From positions 3,520,001 to 3,584,000 of the forward strand of contig OZ241362.1 of NCBI GenBank assembly GCA_965200315.1: DNA of 64,000 nt. Reading direction: 5' to 3'. Of the stretch, positions 8,911-18,032 are shown piece by piece. The notes under the pieces were generated by a model, which was given only the letters and a program-made list of their open reading frames with translations, was not told where the DNA came from and did no database searches. Made by a program: the position numbers and the translations under genes. Positions within the stretch are counted from its first letter, which is position 1, and each line of letters starts with the position of its first letter. Source of the stretch: Candidatus Latescibacterota bacterium (lineage in GTDB: Bacteria; Latescibacterota; UBA2968; UBA8231).

Positions 8911-9783
8911 CTACGCAAAGCAGGCCCGCAAGAAACCGTTGAAGGCGTCGGCGTCTTTGCGGTGGTTGTATTTCCAGACCGCTTCTGCTACGAACAAGGG
9001 CGACCAACCTTTCGTGTACTTATGATGCGAGCCGTACCAAGCGCGTTTGAGCAACGACCAAAAGCCTTCAATGGTATTGGTGTGTAGGGTCTTGTTGCTG
9101 GCGTCAACGTATTCCTCGGTGCGGTGGTTGACGGTGCGGTGCGGCATCAGCTTGTGAGCGTTGAAATAAACCGTGTACTCGTCCGTAATCAACGACGATT
9201 CTTCTACCTCGACAGACTGCGCGATAAAGTCCAAGACGGTCGCGGCCTTAGTGTCGTCTGGTACAGCGGCTTTGACGCGCCCCCCGCGCTGGACGGCTCC
9301 AACGACGGGCGTTTTGCCAGTACCGCGCCCGCGCTTGTTGTTGTCGTTCTTGTAGCGAGGCTTACCGCCTACATACGTTTCGTCGGCCTCGATGATGCCG
9401 CGCAGTAGGGCCTTTTCGTCCGATGCCATAGCGGCGCGAATCCGCTGTTGCATGAACCACGCGCTTTTCTGGTTGAGTTCCAGATCGCGGGCTAGCTGGC
9501 AACTCGACAAGCTCTTTTTGGCGTTGGCCATTAGCGAGATGGCCAAGAACCACTTTTGCAGCGGGATTTTGGTCCCCTGAAAAATGGTTTGGGACAAGAC
9601 ATTAAAACTAGAATGGCAGCCGTGGCAGTTCCAGCGGCCTACACGCTCATTCTCCGCTTTGCGGGCAACGTCACAATCGCCGCACAACGGGCAATAGGGG
9701 GCATTATTCCAGCGGATTTGCTCTAGATGAGCGATGCAAGCGGCTTGGTCGGGGTACTGATTGAAGATGCTTATTAGGTTCAT
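8911..9783 (-). CDS. IS1595 family transposase
   Basis: Zn ribbon CPLC...CHGC, HTH, EADETYVGG, TDE, HTNTIEGFWS; AAAGGAGG RBS before ATG 9783. Confidence 0.95.
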   Translation of the reverse strand: MNLISIFNQYPDQAACIAHLEQIRWNNAPYCPLCGDCDVARKAENERVGRWNCHGCHSSFNVLSQTIFQGTKIPLQKWFLAISLMANAKKSLSSCQLARDLELNQKSAWFMQQRIRAAMASDEKALLRGIIEADETYVGGKPRYKNDNNKRGRGTGKTPVVGAVQRGGRVKAAVPDDTKAATVLDFIAQSVEVEESSLITDEYTVYFNAHKLMPHRTVNHRTEEYVDASNKTLHTNTIEGFWSLLKRAWYGSHHKYTKGWSPLFVAEAVWKYNHRKDADAFNGFLRACFA

Positions 9784-9808
9784 TTTCGTACCTCCTTTAA
9801 CTACTATA

Positions 9809-9837
9809 AAGATAGGAAAATAAAGAAGATATGGCAA
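9809..9837 (-). promoter_or_regulatory. Putative transposase promoter overlapping right TIR
   Basis: Minus strand TTGCCA-N17-TATCTT upstream of the AAAGGAGG RBS. Confidence 0.6.
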
Positions 9838-10464
9838 GCCCTTAAATACTAATTGCCTTTGTTTATCGTGGGCCGCTTGGGGCCGATCCCACTGGCGGCG
9901 ACGAACTTGGCCTTTCACATCAACAGCCTCGCCTTTATGCCGCTCATTGGTTGCGGCATTGCCGTCTCGACGATGGTCGGCCAGTGCTTGGGGCGCGAGC
10001 AGCCCGAAGCGGCCGAGTACTGCACGTGGTCGGGCTTGCACTTGGCTATGCTGTACATGGGGACGATGTCCGTGGGCTACGTGTTGGTGCCGGAGTTTTT
10101 CCTCGCGCCTTTTGGCGAGGAAAAAGACGCCAACTTTGCGGTCGCGCATCAGATCGCCGTGGTCTTGCTGCGCTTCGTGGCTCTGTATTGCGTCTTCGAC
10201 GCCGCCTATATAGTCTTCGCGGCGGCCCTGAAGGGCGCGGGCGACACCCGTTTCGTCATGTGGCTCTCGATCTCGCTGGCTTGGGCGATCATGGTCGTGC
10301 CGTCTTTCGTCGCCCTAACTTATTTCGACGGGGGGCTATACCTGATATGGATCTTTTGCTGCGCGTATATATGCGTCTTGGGCGTGGCTCTCTATTTGCG
10401 CTTTCGCACGGGCCGTTGGCAGAGTATGCGGGTTATTGAACGGGCGGATGAGCGTGGGTGAACC

Positions 10465-11451
10465 CTACAGCGGCTTGGCTACGGCTAAGCCCGTTCCCAC
10501 TTCTGACACGCGATTCCACCCCGATCCTCTGAGACCGGCATAGATCATGTAATAGGTCCCATTGATCGCAAACACCTGTGGGGTCAGGAGGCCGTCTCGA
10601 TCCCAAGCATCGGCATCGGTCGCAGGCGTGAAGATTGGGTTGTGTGGGTTGGGTTCAAAGGTGCGGAAGTCGCGCGTACGGACGTGCCCAATGGTCCAGA
10701 CCTTGCCGTCGTAGCCGCCGTAGAACAGATGGAAGTAGCGCGGCCCCTTGAGGATTTCGGCTTCGCGCACACCATAGCGGTCCCACGCCTGTCCCGAGCC
10801 GCAGAACACGGGGTTGGCGGGATTTTTGGTGACTTTCGCTGGGTTGCTGGTCGGTGCGGTGGCGTGACAAATGGTCGGCACGTTGTAGAGGATATCGCGC
10901 CGTGCCGGTGGCGCTGGCGACTCGCCGGTATAGACCATGTGAATGACGTTGCCCGCCACGGCCACGGAGGGATGGGAAGAGCCGTGTTGCTCGTGCGCTC
11001 CGCCGACTGCAACTACCGGTTCATTGCCAATCCGCGTCCACGCTCCAAAATCGCCGGCGCTGACTAGCAGGCCGGTCTGTTTGCGGCGGGGCTTGTCCTT
11101 GCCTTGGGTGCCGAGATAATAGGCATAGTAGCGCTGGTCGGCGGGATTCCAGAACGGAAATGGGTATTCCACGCCGTGATTGTCGAATCCGTCTGCGGAA
11201 GGCAGGAGTATGGGATTGCGCTGGTCGTGCGTCACCTCCGTAGGGTCGGAGACTGGCGCAGAGCTGTGCATGTGTACCCAGCTACCATCTCCTCCCTTTT
11301 TGGCCCATAGATAATGCACGGTGTCGGACACGACGATGGCGTGACTGGCAGCCGCCCACGCGGGTGGTGCGCAGTATAGCAGCGGCTTCTCGGCGGTGAG
11401 CCGCTCGAAGCGGGCGAATGCTGCAAATGGGATTGGGTCGTTGGTGTTCAT
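10465..11451 (-). CDS. Five-bladed beta-propeller glycoside hydrolase-like protein (GH32/43/130-like)
   Basis: Repeated NP(I/V)(L/F)...WD blades; YHLFYGG and YYMIYAG-type strands. Confidence 0.7.
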   Translation of the reverse strand: MNTNDPIPFAAFARFERLTAEKPLLYCAPPAWAAASHAIVVSDTVHYLWAKKGGDGSWVHMHSSAPVSDPTEVTHDQRNPILLPSADGFDNHGVEYPFPFWNPADQRYYAYYLGTQGKDKPRRKQTGLLVSAGDFGAWTRIGNEPVVAVGGAHEQHGSSHPSVAVAGNVIHMVYTGESPAPPARRDILYNVPTICHATAPTSNPAKVTKNPANPVFCGSGQAWDRYGVREAEILKGPRYFHLFYGGYDGKVWTIGHVRTRDFRTFEPNPHNPIFTPATDADAWDRDGLLTPQVFAINGTYYMIYAGLRGSGWNRVSEVGTGLAVAKPL

Positions 11452-11486
11452 AGCGGCTACTAGGTGATTACTATCTCGCCATCAAG

Positions 11487-11717
11487 CTACCTATTCGGCA
11501 CCTTCTCATGCAACTGCTCATATGCCTCATATACGTCCTCTGGATCGGGAACAACCGGCATTGTGCGAATCCGACCGTGTGCATACCAATTCCGAAACCC
11601 GAAGTATCCCTTGGTCGCCGAGCAAACCCTCCGAAACTCCTCGTCGATGCCGCTGAATCCACCGTCGTACAGGTTTCTCGTATCTGCGCTCTCGCCTCGC
11701 AAATTCCCACTCGTCAT
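11487..11717 (-). pseudogene. Fragment with HEPN-like RxxxxH motif
   Basis: FRNWYAHGR near the C-terminus; no convincing N-terminal part; lower GC. Confidence 0.4.
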
Positions 11718-11735
11718 TTTCTATATGCAGCAGCA

Positions 11736-11995
11736 TTACGAGAAGGGGACCGCCCGAGACCACAGAGCACCTATAATAAAACGCCCGACTGGTCTAAAGG
11801 TGAGAATCTGGCTGTCTAAAAAGATAAGTCGTAGAAATCGGGCTTCGTAATCCCCAAGCTGGTCTTCCCGGATCGGGATATTCCCTGACTGAATCTCCAG
11901 CCAGTTTTTGTCTTCAAGAGGCTGCAACCACTCAGTTATCCTCGACATCAGCTTTTCGCAGTTGGCTATCCATTCCTGACGAACTTCTACATGTT
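11736..11995 (-). pseudogene. Truncated conserved hypothetical protein fragment
   Basis: EWI...ITEWL...IREDQLGDYEA...RPVGRFIIGA, then the reading degenerates. Confidence 0.4.
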
Positions 11996-12000
11996 TAGTC

Positions 12001-12180
12001 GCCGCCCTGCACCACTTCCGCTGCATCCGCACGGCTACTCACAAGTACATCCAGAATTACAACGACTGCGACGAACTCTACGACCTCGGGCAAGACCCCG
12101 ACGAGTTGCACAACATCGCCACCGCTGCTCCTGATGTGGTGGCCGATCTTACGCGCCGCTTGCGCCGCCGTTTGGGCTGA
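12001..12180 (+). pseudogene. Orphan C-terminal fragment of a sulfatase
   Basis: Manual translation RCIRTATHKYIQNYNDCDELYDLGQDPDELHNIA...RRRLG*; in-frame TGA at 11977 and no start codon. Confidence 0.75.
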
Positions 12181-12233
12181 GGCGGCACCGGGGGCGCGAG
12201 CGTCTTGCCCGCTCAGCGAGCCAAAGGCGGCCC

Positions 12234-12935
12234 CTACGGTTGGTTTGCTTTCCAGACTTGGTATTCGGCCAAGGTCTGCTCGTCGGGGGGATAGGTGCCG
12301 ACGATACTGGCTCCGGCGCGGATTTTCTCGGTGATGAAGCGCTCCTTTTTCTCCATCTCCTCGGCCTCGACAGCGACTTCTGAAGCCAGATGCGCGGGTA
12401 GGACCACAACCCCTTCTCCGTCGCCGACGAGGATGTCGCCGGGGAAGACCGCCACGCCGCCGCAGGCGATGGGCACTTGGATTTCGCTGGGGTGGTGGAT
12501 GGTTTTGTTGGTATGGGCGTTCATGGCCGCCGCGTAGGCCGGCAACCCCGAGGCGGCGATGGTCGGCGAGTCGCGGTAGGCTCCATCGGTGACGATCCCC
12601 GCGCAGCCCCGCACTTGCAGGCGCGCCGCTAGGATGGATCCCATTGTCCCGGCGCGGGTGTCGCCGCGGGCATCAATGACGAACACGTCGCCTGCGGTTA
12701 TCTGCTCAATGCCGATCCGCTGCACGTCTTTCAAGTTGTCCAAAGGAACCTCGTCGAGGTCTTCGCGTGCGGGGATGTAGCGCAGGGTAAAGGCCCGGCC
12801 GACCATCTGCATGTCGGGCGCGAGGGGCGCGACTTGGTGCATAAACGTGTTGTGTAGTCCCTTGTTGCGGAGCACGGACGTCAGGGTCGCCGTGCTAGCC
12901 ACTTTTAGTTTTGCGCTCAGTGCGGCAAAATCCAC
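12234..12935 (-). CDS. RraA family / HMG-CHA aldolase-like protein
   Basis: GRAFTLRYIP, GIVTDGAYRD, VFPGDILVGDGEGVVV. Confidence 0.88.
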   Translation of the reverse strand: MDFAALSAKLKVASTATLTSVLRNKGLHNTFMHQVAPLAPDMQMVGRAFTLRYIPAREDLDEVPLDNLKDVQRIGIEQITAGDVFVIDARGDTRAGTMGSILAARLQVRGCAGIVTDGAYRDSPTIAASGLPAYAAAMNAHTNKTIHHPSEIQVPIACGGVAVFPGDILVGDGEGVVVLPAHLASEVAVEAEEMEKKERFITEKIRAGASIVGTYPPDEQTLAEYQVWKANQP

Positions 12936-12947
12936 AATTCGCTCCTT

Positions 12948-14006
12948 TCAGCGTATTTGCCCGCGGGCGTCAACCGGCCAGACGGCTTCCACGCGGCCGC
13001 CGCGCACGGCAAAAATCTGGTCGTGTTCGTTAAAACAGGGGCAGGGATGAACCGGCAAGACCTGCACCTGTTCGCCGATTTGGGGCTTGTCGTCGCAGGC
13101 TGATAGATCGACCTGTCCGTGTTCCTCCGAGGCCCCGCAGAAGATGGCTTGGGGGTACTCGACGATGTAGCCCATGACGGACGAGCCGTCCTCCTCGCGA
13201 TAGACTGCTGCGCTGAGCGACTTGCTGCCCCCGTCGAGGATGGCGCGGTCCGTGGCTGGTCGGCTGACCACGGTCATCAGCACCCGGCCAGCGCACTGGC
13301 CGACGCTGTGGGTCCCTCTGCGGAGATGGCCGACGCCGCCGACTGGGTACTCGCCGGCCCGGTACTCGGTCAGCTCGGGAATCTCGTGCGCCATAAACGC
13401 GCCCGGGGTGCTGCCGCCGCTGACGATGGGATGCGGCAGGCCCTGGCGGTCGAAATGCGCGAGCGTCTCTTGGATTAGCGGCCGCATGTCTGGAGTCGCC
13501 GGCATGGACATGATGCCGCGGAGTTCGATGTTGGGGGCTTGAGCGATTTTTTCGCCTAGGGCCGCCGCGGCCGCGGGCGATCCTACGCCCGTGCGTCCGC
13601 GGTCGAGTTCGACGACCACGCCCACGGTGACGTCCGCTTCCGCCGCGGCCGCGGCCAGCCCTTGCACGGTGTATTCAGAATCGGCCGCCACGGTCAGCCG
13701 GGTGTCTCGCGCCAGCGCAGCCAGCCGCGCCAGCTTTTGCGCCCCGATGATGTTGTAGGGAATCAGGATGTCGCGACCGACCCCGCCTTCCGCCATGACC
13801 TCGGCTTCCCCGAGCTTCTGGCAGGTGATGCCGATTGCCCCGCGCCGCATTTGCATATGGGCGATGGCTACGCACTTGTGGGTTTTGATGTGGGGCCGCA
13901 GGCCAATGCCGTGCTCGTCAAAGTAGCGTTGGTAGCGGTCGAGGTTGTCCTCCAAGCCGTCGAGATCGACGACGAGGGCGGGCGTGTCGAGGTCTTCTAA
14001 GCGCAT
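12948..14006 (-). CDS. PLP-dependent D-threonine aldolase / D-serine dehydratase (DSD1) family, alanine racemase fold
   Basis: DTPALVVD, RPHIKTHK, SEEHG, PVHPCP. Confidence 0.88.
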   Translation of the reverse strand: MRLEDLDTPALVVDLDGLEDNLDRYQRYFDEHGIGLRPHIKTHKCVAIAHMQMRRGAIGITCQKLGEAEVMAEGGVGRDILIPYNIIGAQKLARLAALARDTRLTVAADSEYTVQGLAAAAAEADVTVGVVVELDRGRTGVGSPAAAAALGEKIAQAPNIELRGIMSMPATPDMRPLIQETLAHFDRQGLPHPIVSGGSTPGAFMAHEIPELTEYRAGEYPVGGVGHLRRGTHSVGQCAGRVLMTVVSRPATDRAILDGGSKSLSAAVYREEDGSSVMGYIVEYPQAIFCGASEEHGQVDLSACDDKPQIGEQVQVLPVHPCPCFNEHDQIFAVRGGRVEAVWPVDARGQIR

Positions 14007-14108
14007 AGTGGCCTTTCCTGCATGAAGGTGGAAATCGCCGCGATAAAATAGCAAACCAATCCCGCCGCAGAAATTGACGCGCTTAGGTCCCTTGCCTTTT
14101 GTTGCAAG

Positions 14109-14633
14109 ATGCCCATCGATCTCCAACCCTCCACGCCCGTCTCATTAGTCTGCGCAGTATTGGCCGATTCCGCAGAGACGCTCGCCGCCGCCAAAGAACG
14201 CCTCGCCGAATACTTCGGTCCTCTGCGTACAGCAAGTGCGACCTACGACTTTGATTTCACCGCGTACTACGAAGCGGAAATGGGTGCGGGGCTGTGCAAA
14301 CAGCTCGTGTGCTTTGCCGAGCGGATTGACCCCGCCGAGCTGGCGGGCGTCAAGGCGCAGACCATGGCACTGGAGCGGGCGATGAGCCAAGGGCGGTGCC
14401 GCCGCGCCAATATCGACCCAGGACTGCTCTCAATCGAGAGCTTAGTGTTGGCTACGACCAAGTGCGCTGGCCACCGGGTGTGCATTGCCCCGCAGCTCTA
14501 CGCCGAGGTGACCCTACTCTATCAACGGGGGCGTTACCGGCCTCTCGAATGGACGTATCCCGACTATCGGGGGGACGCGGTGCAGCGGTTCTTGCTCGAA
14601 GTGCGGCCTTGGTTGCTGGCAGTGCGCGACTGA
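14109..14633 (+). CDS. DUF4416 family protein
   Basis: YYEAEMG, RRANIDPG, LATTK, WTYPDY motifs. Confidence 0.8.
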   Translation: MPIDLQPSTPVSLVCAVLADSAETLAAAKERLAEYFGPLRTASATYDFDFTAYYEAEMGAGLCKQLVCFAERIDPAELAGVKAQTMALERAMSQGRCRRANIDPGLLSIESLVLATTKCAGHRVCIAPQLYAEVTLLYQRGRYRPLEWTYPDYRGDAVQRFLLEVRPWLLAVRD

Positions 14634-14635
14634 GG

Positions 14636-15766
14636 TCAGCCCCGCTCGCTGAGCGCGACAAACGCGCGGTGTTCCGGCCCGGTGTAGATGTGGTTGGGGC
14701 GGATGAGCCGGTTGGCGTCGTGCTGTTCGACTACGTGCGCCGCCCAGCCCACCACGCGGCTGGCCACGAAGATGGGGGTGTAGAGCGGGATCGGGATACC
14801 CATCATGTAGTAGGTGTACGCGCACGAGAAATCGACGTTGGGGAAGATACCTTTTTCGCTCATCATCGTCGCTTCGATCACGTCGGCTAGGTCGGGCCAC
14901 TTGGTGTCGCCGATGGCGGCGGCGATCTGCCGGCCAACCTTCTTCATCGTCGGGACCCGCGAGTCGCCGCTTTTGTATTCCCGATGTCCAAAGCCCATGA
15001 TCTTCTTCTTTTGCGCCAGCGCGTCCAGAACCCACTGCTCGGCTGCTGCGGGCGAATCTACTTCTAGGAGCATCTGCATGGCCGCCTCGTTGGCCCCGCC
15101 GTGCAAGGGGCCGTGCAGGGCACCGATGGCCGCGGTTATAGCGGCGTATAGGTCGGCGAGCGTCGAGGCCACGACCCGTGCGGTAAACGTGGAGGCATTG
15201 TACCCGTGCTCGGCGTAGAGGATCAGCGAAGTATTCATGGCCTCTACTTCGTACGCGAGCGGTTTTGCGCCGCGCAGCATGTAGAGCAGATTGGCCGCGT
15301 GGTCTAGCTCGGCGTCGGGGGCTACCGGCTCTAGGCCCTGTGAGAAGCGATAGCCGTAGGCGAGTGCGGTGGGAATTTTGGCCAGCAAGCGCACGGCCTT
15401 GCGCACGTTGGCATCGTGGCTGTTGTCGGGGGTCTCGGCATCGAAAAACGCCAAAGACGATACCGCAGTACGCAACAGGTCCATGGGGTGGGCGTCCGCC
15501 GGAGCGGAACGCAACAGGGCGACCACCGGGCCGGGCAGGTCGCGCTGGGAGCGCAGTTGTTGGTTGAATACCGCCAATTCGGCGACCGTCGGCAGCTCGC
15601 CGTAGAGTAGCAAGTAGGCGACCTCTTCGTAGGAGGCGTTTTCGGTCAGTTCGACTAGGTCGTAGCCGTGTAAGATCAGGCGGTTGATATCGATATCGAT
15701 GCGCGAAAGGGCGGACTCGCCGGCGATGACGCCTTCGAGGCCGGGACTATAGGATTTGTCGGTCAT
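14636..15766 (-). CDS. prpC: 2-methylcitrate synthase / citrate synthase
   Basis: YAEHGYNASTF, GPLHGGANE, MGFGHREY, PNVDF; adjacent to prpB. Confidence 0.88.
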   Translation of the reverse strand: MTDKSYSPGLEGVIAGESALSRIDIDINRLILHGYDLVELTENASYEEVAYLLLYGELPTVAELAVFNQQLRSQRDLPGPVVALLRSAPADAHPMDLLRTAVSSLAFFDAETPDNSHDANVRKAVRLLAKIPTALAYGYRFSQGLEPVAPDAELDHAANLLYMLRGAKPLAYEVEAMNTSLILYAEHGYNASTFTARVVASTLADLYAAITAAIGALHGPLHGGANEAAMQMLLEVDSPAAAEQWVLDALAQKKKIMGFGHREYKSGDSRVPTMKKVGRQIAAAIGDTKWPDLADVIEATMMSEKGIFPNVDFSCAYTYYMMGIPIPLYTPIFVASRVVGWAAHVVEQHDANRLIRPNHIYTGPEHRAFVALSERG

Positions 15767-15821
15767 GCTGTAGGTCTCTCTATGGAAAGTGTTGGTCGTG
15801 GGCGAATTTGAGGCTAATAAT

Positions 15822-16733
15822 TCAGCGGTTCCCTCCGTTCGCTGGAAAGCGGTCGGCCAATGCGGCGTCGAGCCGGGTGTACTCGTCGTAGCCGAGTAGT
15901 TCGTAAAGTTCCGCTCGCGTCTGCATCTGCCCGAGGGATCCTTCTAAAGTGCCCTTTTCCTTCAGTTCGCGGAACAGCCCTTCGACGGCCTTCATCATGG
16001 TGCGGAACGCGCTCATAGGGAAAATCACGAGACGGTATCCCATGGCGGCGAACTCCGCGACCGATAGGTACGGCGATTTGCCGAATTCGGTCATGTTGGC
16101 CAGCAGCGGGCCTTTGACCTGCTCGGCGTAGCGGGCGAATTCCTCGGTGCTCTGCATGGCCTCGGGAAAGACGGCGTCCGCACCGGCTGCCAAGTAGCGC
16201 AGGCCGCGCTCGACGCTCTGCTCAAAGCCCTCGATGGCGCGGGCGTCGCAGCGGGCGATGATCACAAAGTCTGGGTCTTGCCGCGCCGCGCAGGCCGCTG
16301 CGATCTTGCGCTCCATTTCTTCGACCCCGATCAGGGCCTTACCGTCGAGGTGGCCGCAGCGCTTGGGCATGACTTGGTCTTCTAAGTGCAACCCGGCCAA
16401 GCCCTCGCGCTCGTAAGCACGCACCGTGCGCATCACCTGCCAGACCTCACCAAACCCGGTGTCTGCATCGCAAATGCAGGGCACTTGCACCGCGTTGGCA
16501 ATGTAGCCGGCTTGGCGCGCCATTTCGTCCATGCCCAACAAGCCGACATCTGGATAGCCGGCCGTGCCGTTGGCCAGCCCAGCCCCAGAAATGTACACGG
16601 CCTCAAACCCGGTGCGCTCGGCCAGCATGGCCACGGGCGCGTTAAAGGCCCCGGGCAAGGTCAGGGGCTTCTCGGCCATCAGGCGGCGCAAGGCGTGCGG
16701 CTTGGACTCGGCGGGTGCGGGGTTGAGTAGCAT
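15822..16733 (-). CDS. prpB: Methylisocitrate lyase
   Basis: DADTGFG, KRCGHLDGK, LANMTEFGKSP. Confidence 0.93.
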   Translation of the reverse strand: MLLNPAPAESKPHALRRLMAEKPLTLPGAFNAPVAMLAERTGFEAVYISGAGLANGTAGYPDVGLLGMDEMARQAGYIANAVQVPCICDADTGFGEVWQVMRTVRAYEREGLAGLHLEDQVMPKRCGHLDGKALIGVEEMERKIAAACAARQDPDFVIIARCDARAIEGFEQSVERGLRYLAAGADAVFPEAMQSTEEFARYAEQVKGPLLANMTEFGKSPYLSVAEFAAMGYRLVIFPMSAFRTMMKAVEGLFRELKEKGTLEGSLGQMQTRAELYELLGYDEYTRLDAALADRFPANGGNR

Positions 16734-16736
16734 GGC

Positions 16737-18017
16737 TCAGGCGAGAGGGATGGTGGCTTCGCGCTCCGGCCCTACGGAAATCAGGGAGACCGGCGCACGG
16801 CTCAGTTCGGCGACCCGCTTCACGTAAGCCTGCGCTCGCGGCGGCAGATCGTCGAAACAGCGGGCGGCGGTAGTCGGAGCGCACCAACCGGCCATTTCTT
16901 CATAGATCGGCTCGCATTGGTCGAGAACCTGCGGGTCGGCGGGGAATTCATCCAGCACTTGGTCGCCGCAGCGGTAGCCAATGCCCAGCTTGAGGTGCTC
17001 GCATTGGTCGAGTACGTCGAGTCGGGTCAGGGCGATGCTGGTCAGGCCGTTGATGCGGGCCGCAACCCGCAAAATGGCGGCGTCGAACCAGCCACAGCGC
17101 CGCGGCCGGCCCGTGGTGGCTCCGTACTCGCGGCCCAAGGCGCGCAAACGCTCGCCTTCTTCTCCCAGCAATTCGGTGGGAAAAGGCCCGTTGCCCACCC
17201 GCGTGGTGTACGCTTTGGCCACGCCGATGACCCCGGTGATCCGCGTGGGACCGATGCCCGCGCCGGTGCAGGCTCCACCCGCCGTGGTGTTCGAGGAGGT
17301 GACGTAGGGATAGGTCCCGTGGTCGATGTCGAGCAAGGTCCCTTGTGCCCCTTCGCAGAGGACCGTTTTGCCTTGGTCGAGGGCTTGGTTGAGCAAGACC
17401 GAGGTGTCGGCGACATAAGGGGCGAGCCGCTCGCCGTAGCTGATGTACGCGTCGATGATGGGGCTGGCCTCTAGCGGCTCTTGGCCGAATACCTTGGTCA
17501 GGATTTCGTTTTTGGCGCGGATGCTGGCCCGCAGCTTGTCGCGCAACCGCGCCGGGTCGCACAAATCCATGACGCGCACCCCGTGGCTGCGCTCGACTTT
17601 GTCGCGGTACGCCGGACCGATGCCGCGGCCGGTCGTGCCGATGGCGACGCTGTTTTCGCTCTCTTCTGCGGCCTTTTCCAAGACCTTGTGATAGGGCATG
17701 ACGACGTGGGCGACTTGGCTGAGAAAGAAGCGGCCGGCCACTGAAAAGCCCTTGGCCTCCAGCTCGGCGATCTCATTGAGCATGGTGGCTGGATCGACGA
17801 CTACCCCGTTGCCCACCACGCAGGTTTTACCCTCGTGCATGATGCCCGAGGGAATGGCGTGGAAGATGAACTTCGTGTCGCCAGTGACAACCGTGTGTCC
17901 GGCGTTGGCCCCTCCTTGATAGCGCACCACCAAGTCGGCTGCGGACGTGAGGTAATCGACGACTTTGGCCTTGCCCTCGTCGCCCCACTGCGCTCCTAGT
18001 ACTATGTTTGCGGGCAT
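16737..18017 (-). CDS. purA: Adenylosuccinate synthetase
   Basis: GAQWGDEGKAK, GGANAGHT, GATTGRPRRCGWFD. Confidence 0.97.
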   Translation of the reverse strand: MPANIVLGAQWGDEGKAKVVDYLTSAADLVVRYQGGANAGHTVVTGDTKFIFHAIPSGIMHEGKTCVVGNGVVVDPATMLNEIAELEAKGFSVAGRFFLSQVAHVVMPYHKVLEKAAEESENSVAIGTTGRGIGPAYRDKVERSHGVRVMDLCDPARLRDKLRASIRAKNEILTKVFGQEPLEASPIIDAYISYGERLAPYVADTSVLLNQALDQGKTVLCEGAQGTLLDIDHGTYPYVTSSNTTAGGACTGAGIGPTRITGVIGVAKAYTTRVGNGPFPTELLGEEGERLRALGREYGATTGRPRRCGWFDAAILRVAARINGLTSIALTRLDVLDQCEHLKLGIGYRCGDQVLDEFPADPQVLDQCEPIYEEMAGWCAPTTAARCFDDLPPRAQAYVKRVAELSRAPVSLISVGPEREATIPLA

Positions 18018-18032
18018 TGTGTACTCCCGTGC

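Larger units (their letters stand above)
8015..9857 (-). mobile_element. IS1595-family transposon with passenger genes (1,843 bp)
   Basis: Perfect 23-bp TIRs GGCAATTAGTATTTAAGGGCTTG (8015-8037; reverse complement 9835-9857); 8-bp TSD TTTGTTTA (8007-8014, 9858-9865); intact transposase. Confidence 0.96.
7219..10461 (+). pseudogene. MATE family efflux transporter interrupted by an IS1595 element (parts 7219-8014 and 9866-10461)
   Basis: N-part (LIFGHWGLPELGIVGAAWAT) and C-part (LKGAGDT) rejoin in frame as ...AFTFFLF|IVGRLGPIPLAATN... when the element and one TSD are removed. Confidence 0.92.

Noticed and set aside
8911-10149. 412-aa ORF as full-length transposase
   Set aside because: The extension crosses the right TIR into antisense MATE sequence; the real start is ATG 9783 with an AAAGGAGG RBS
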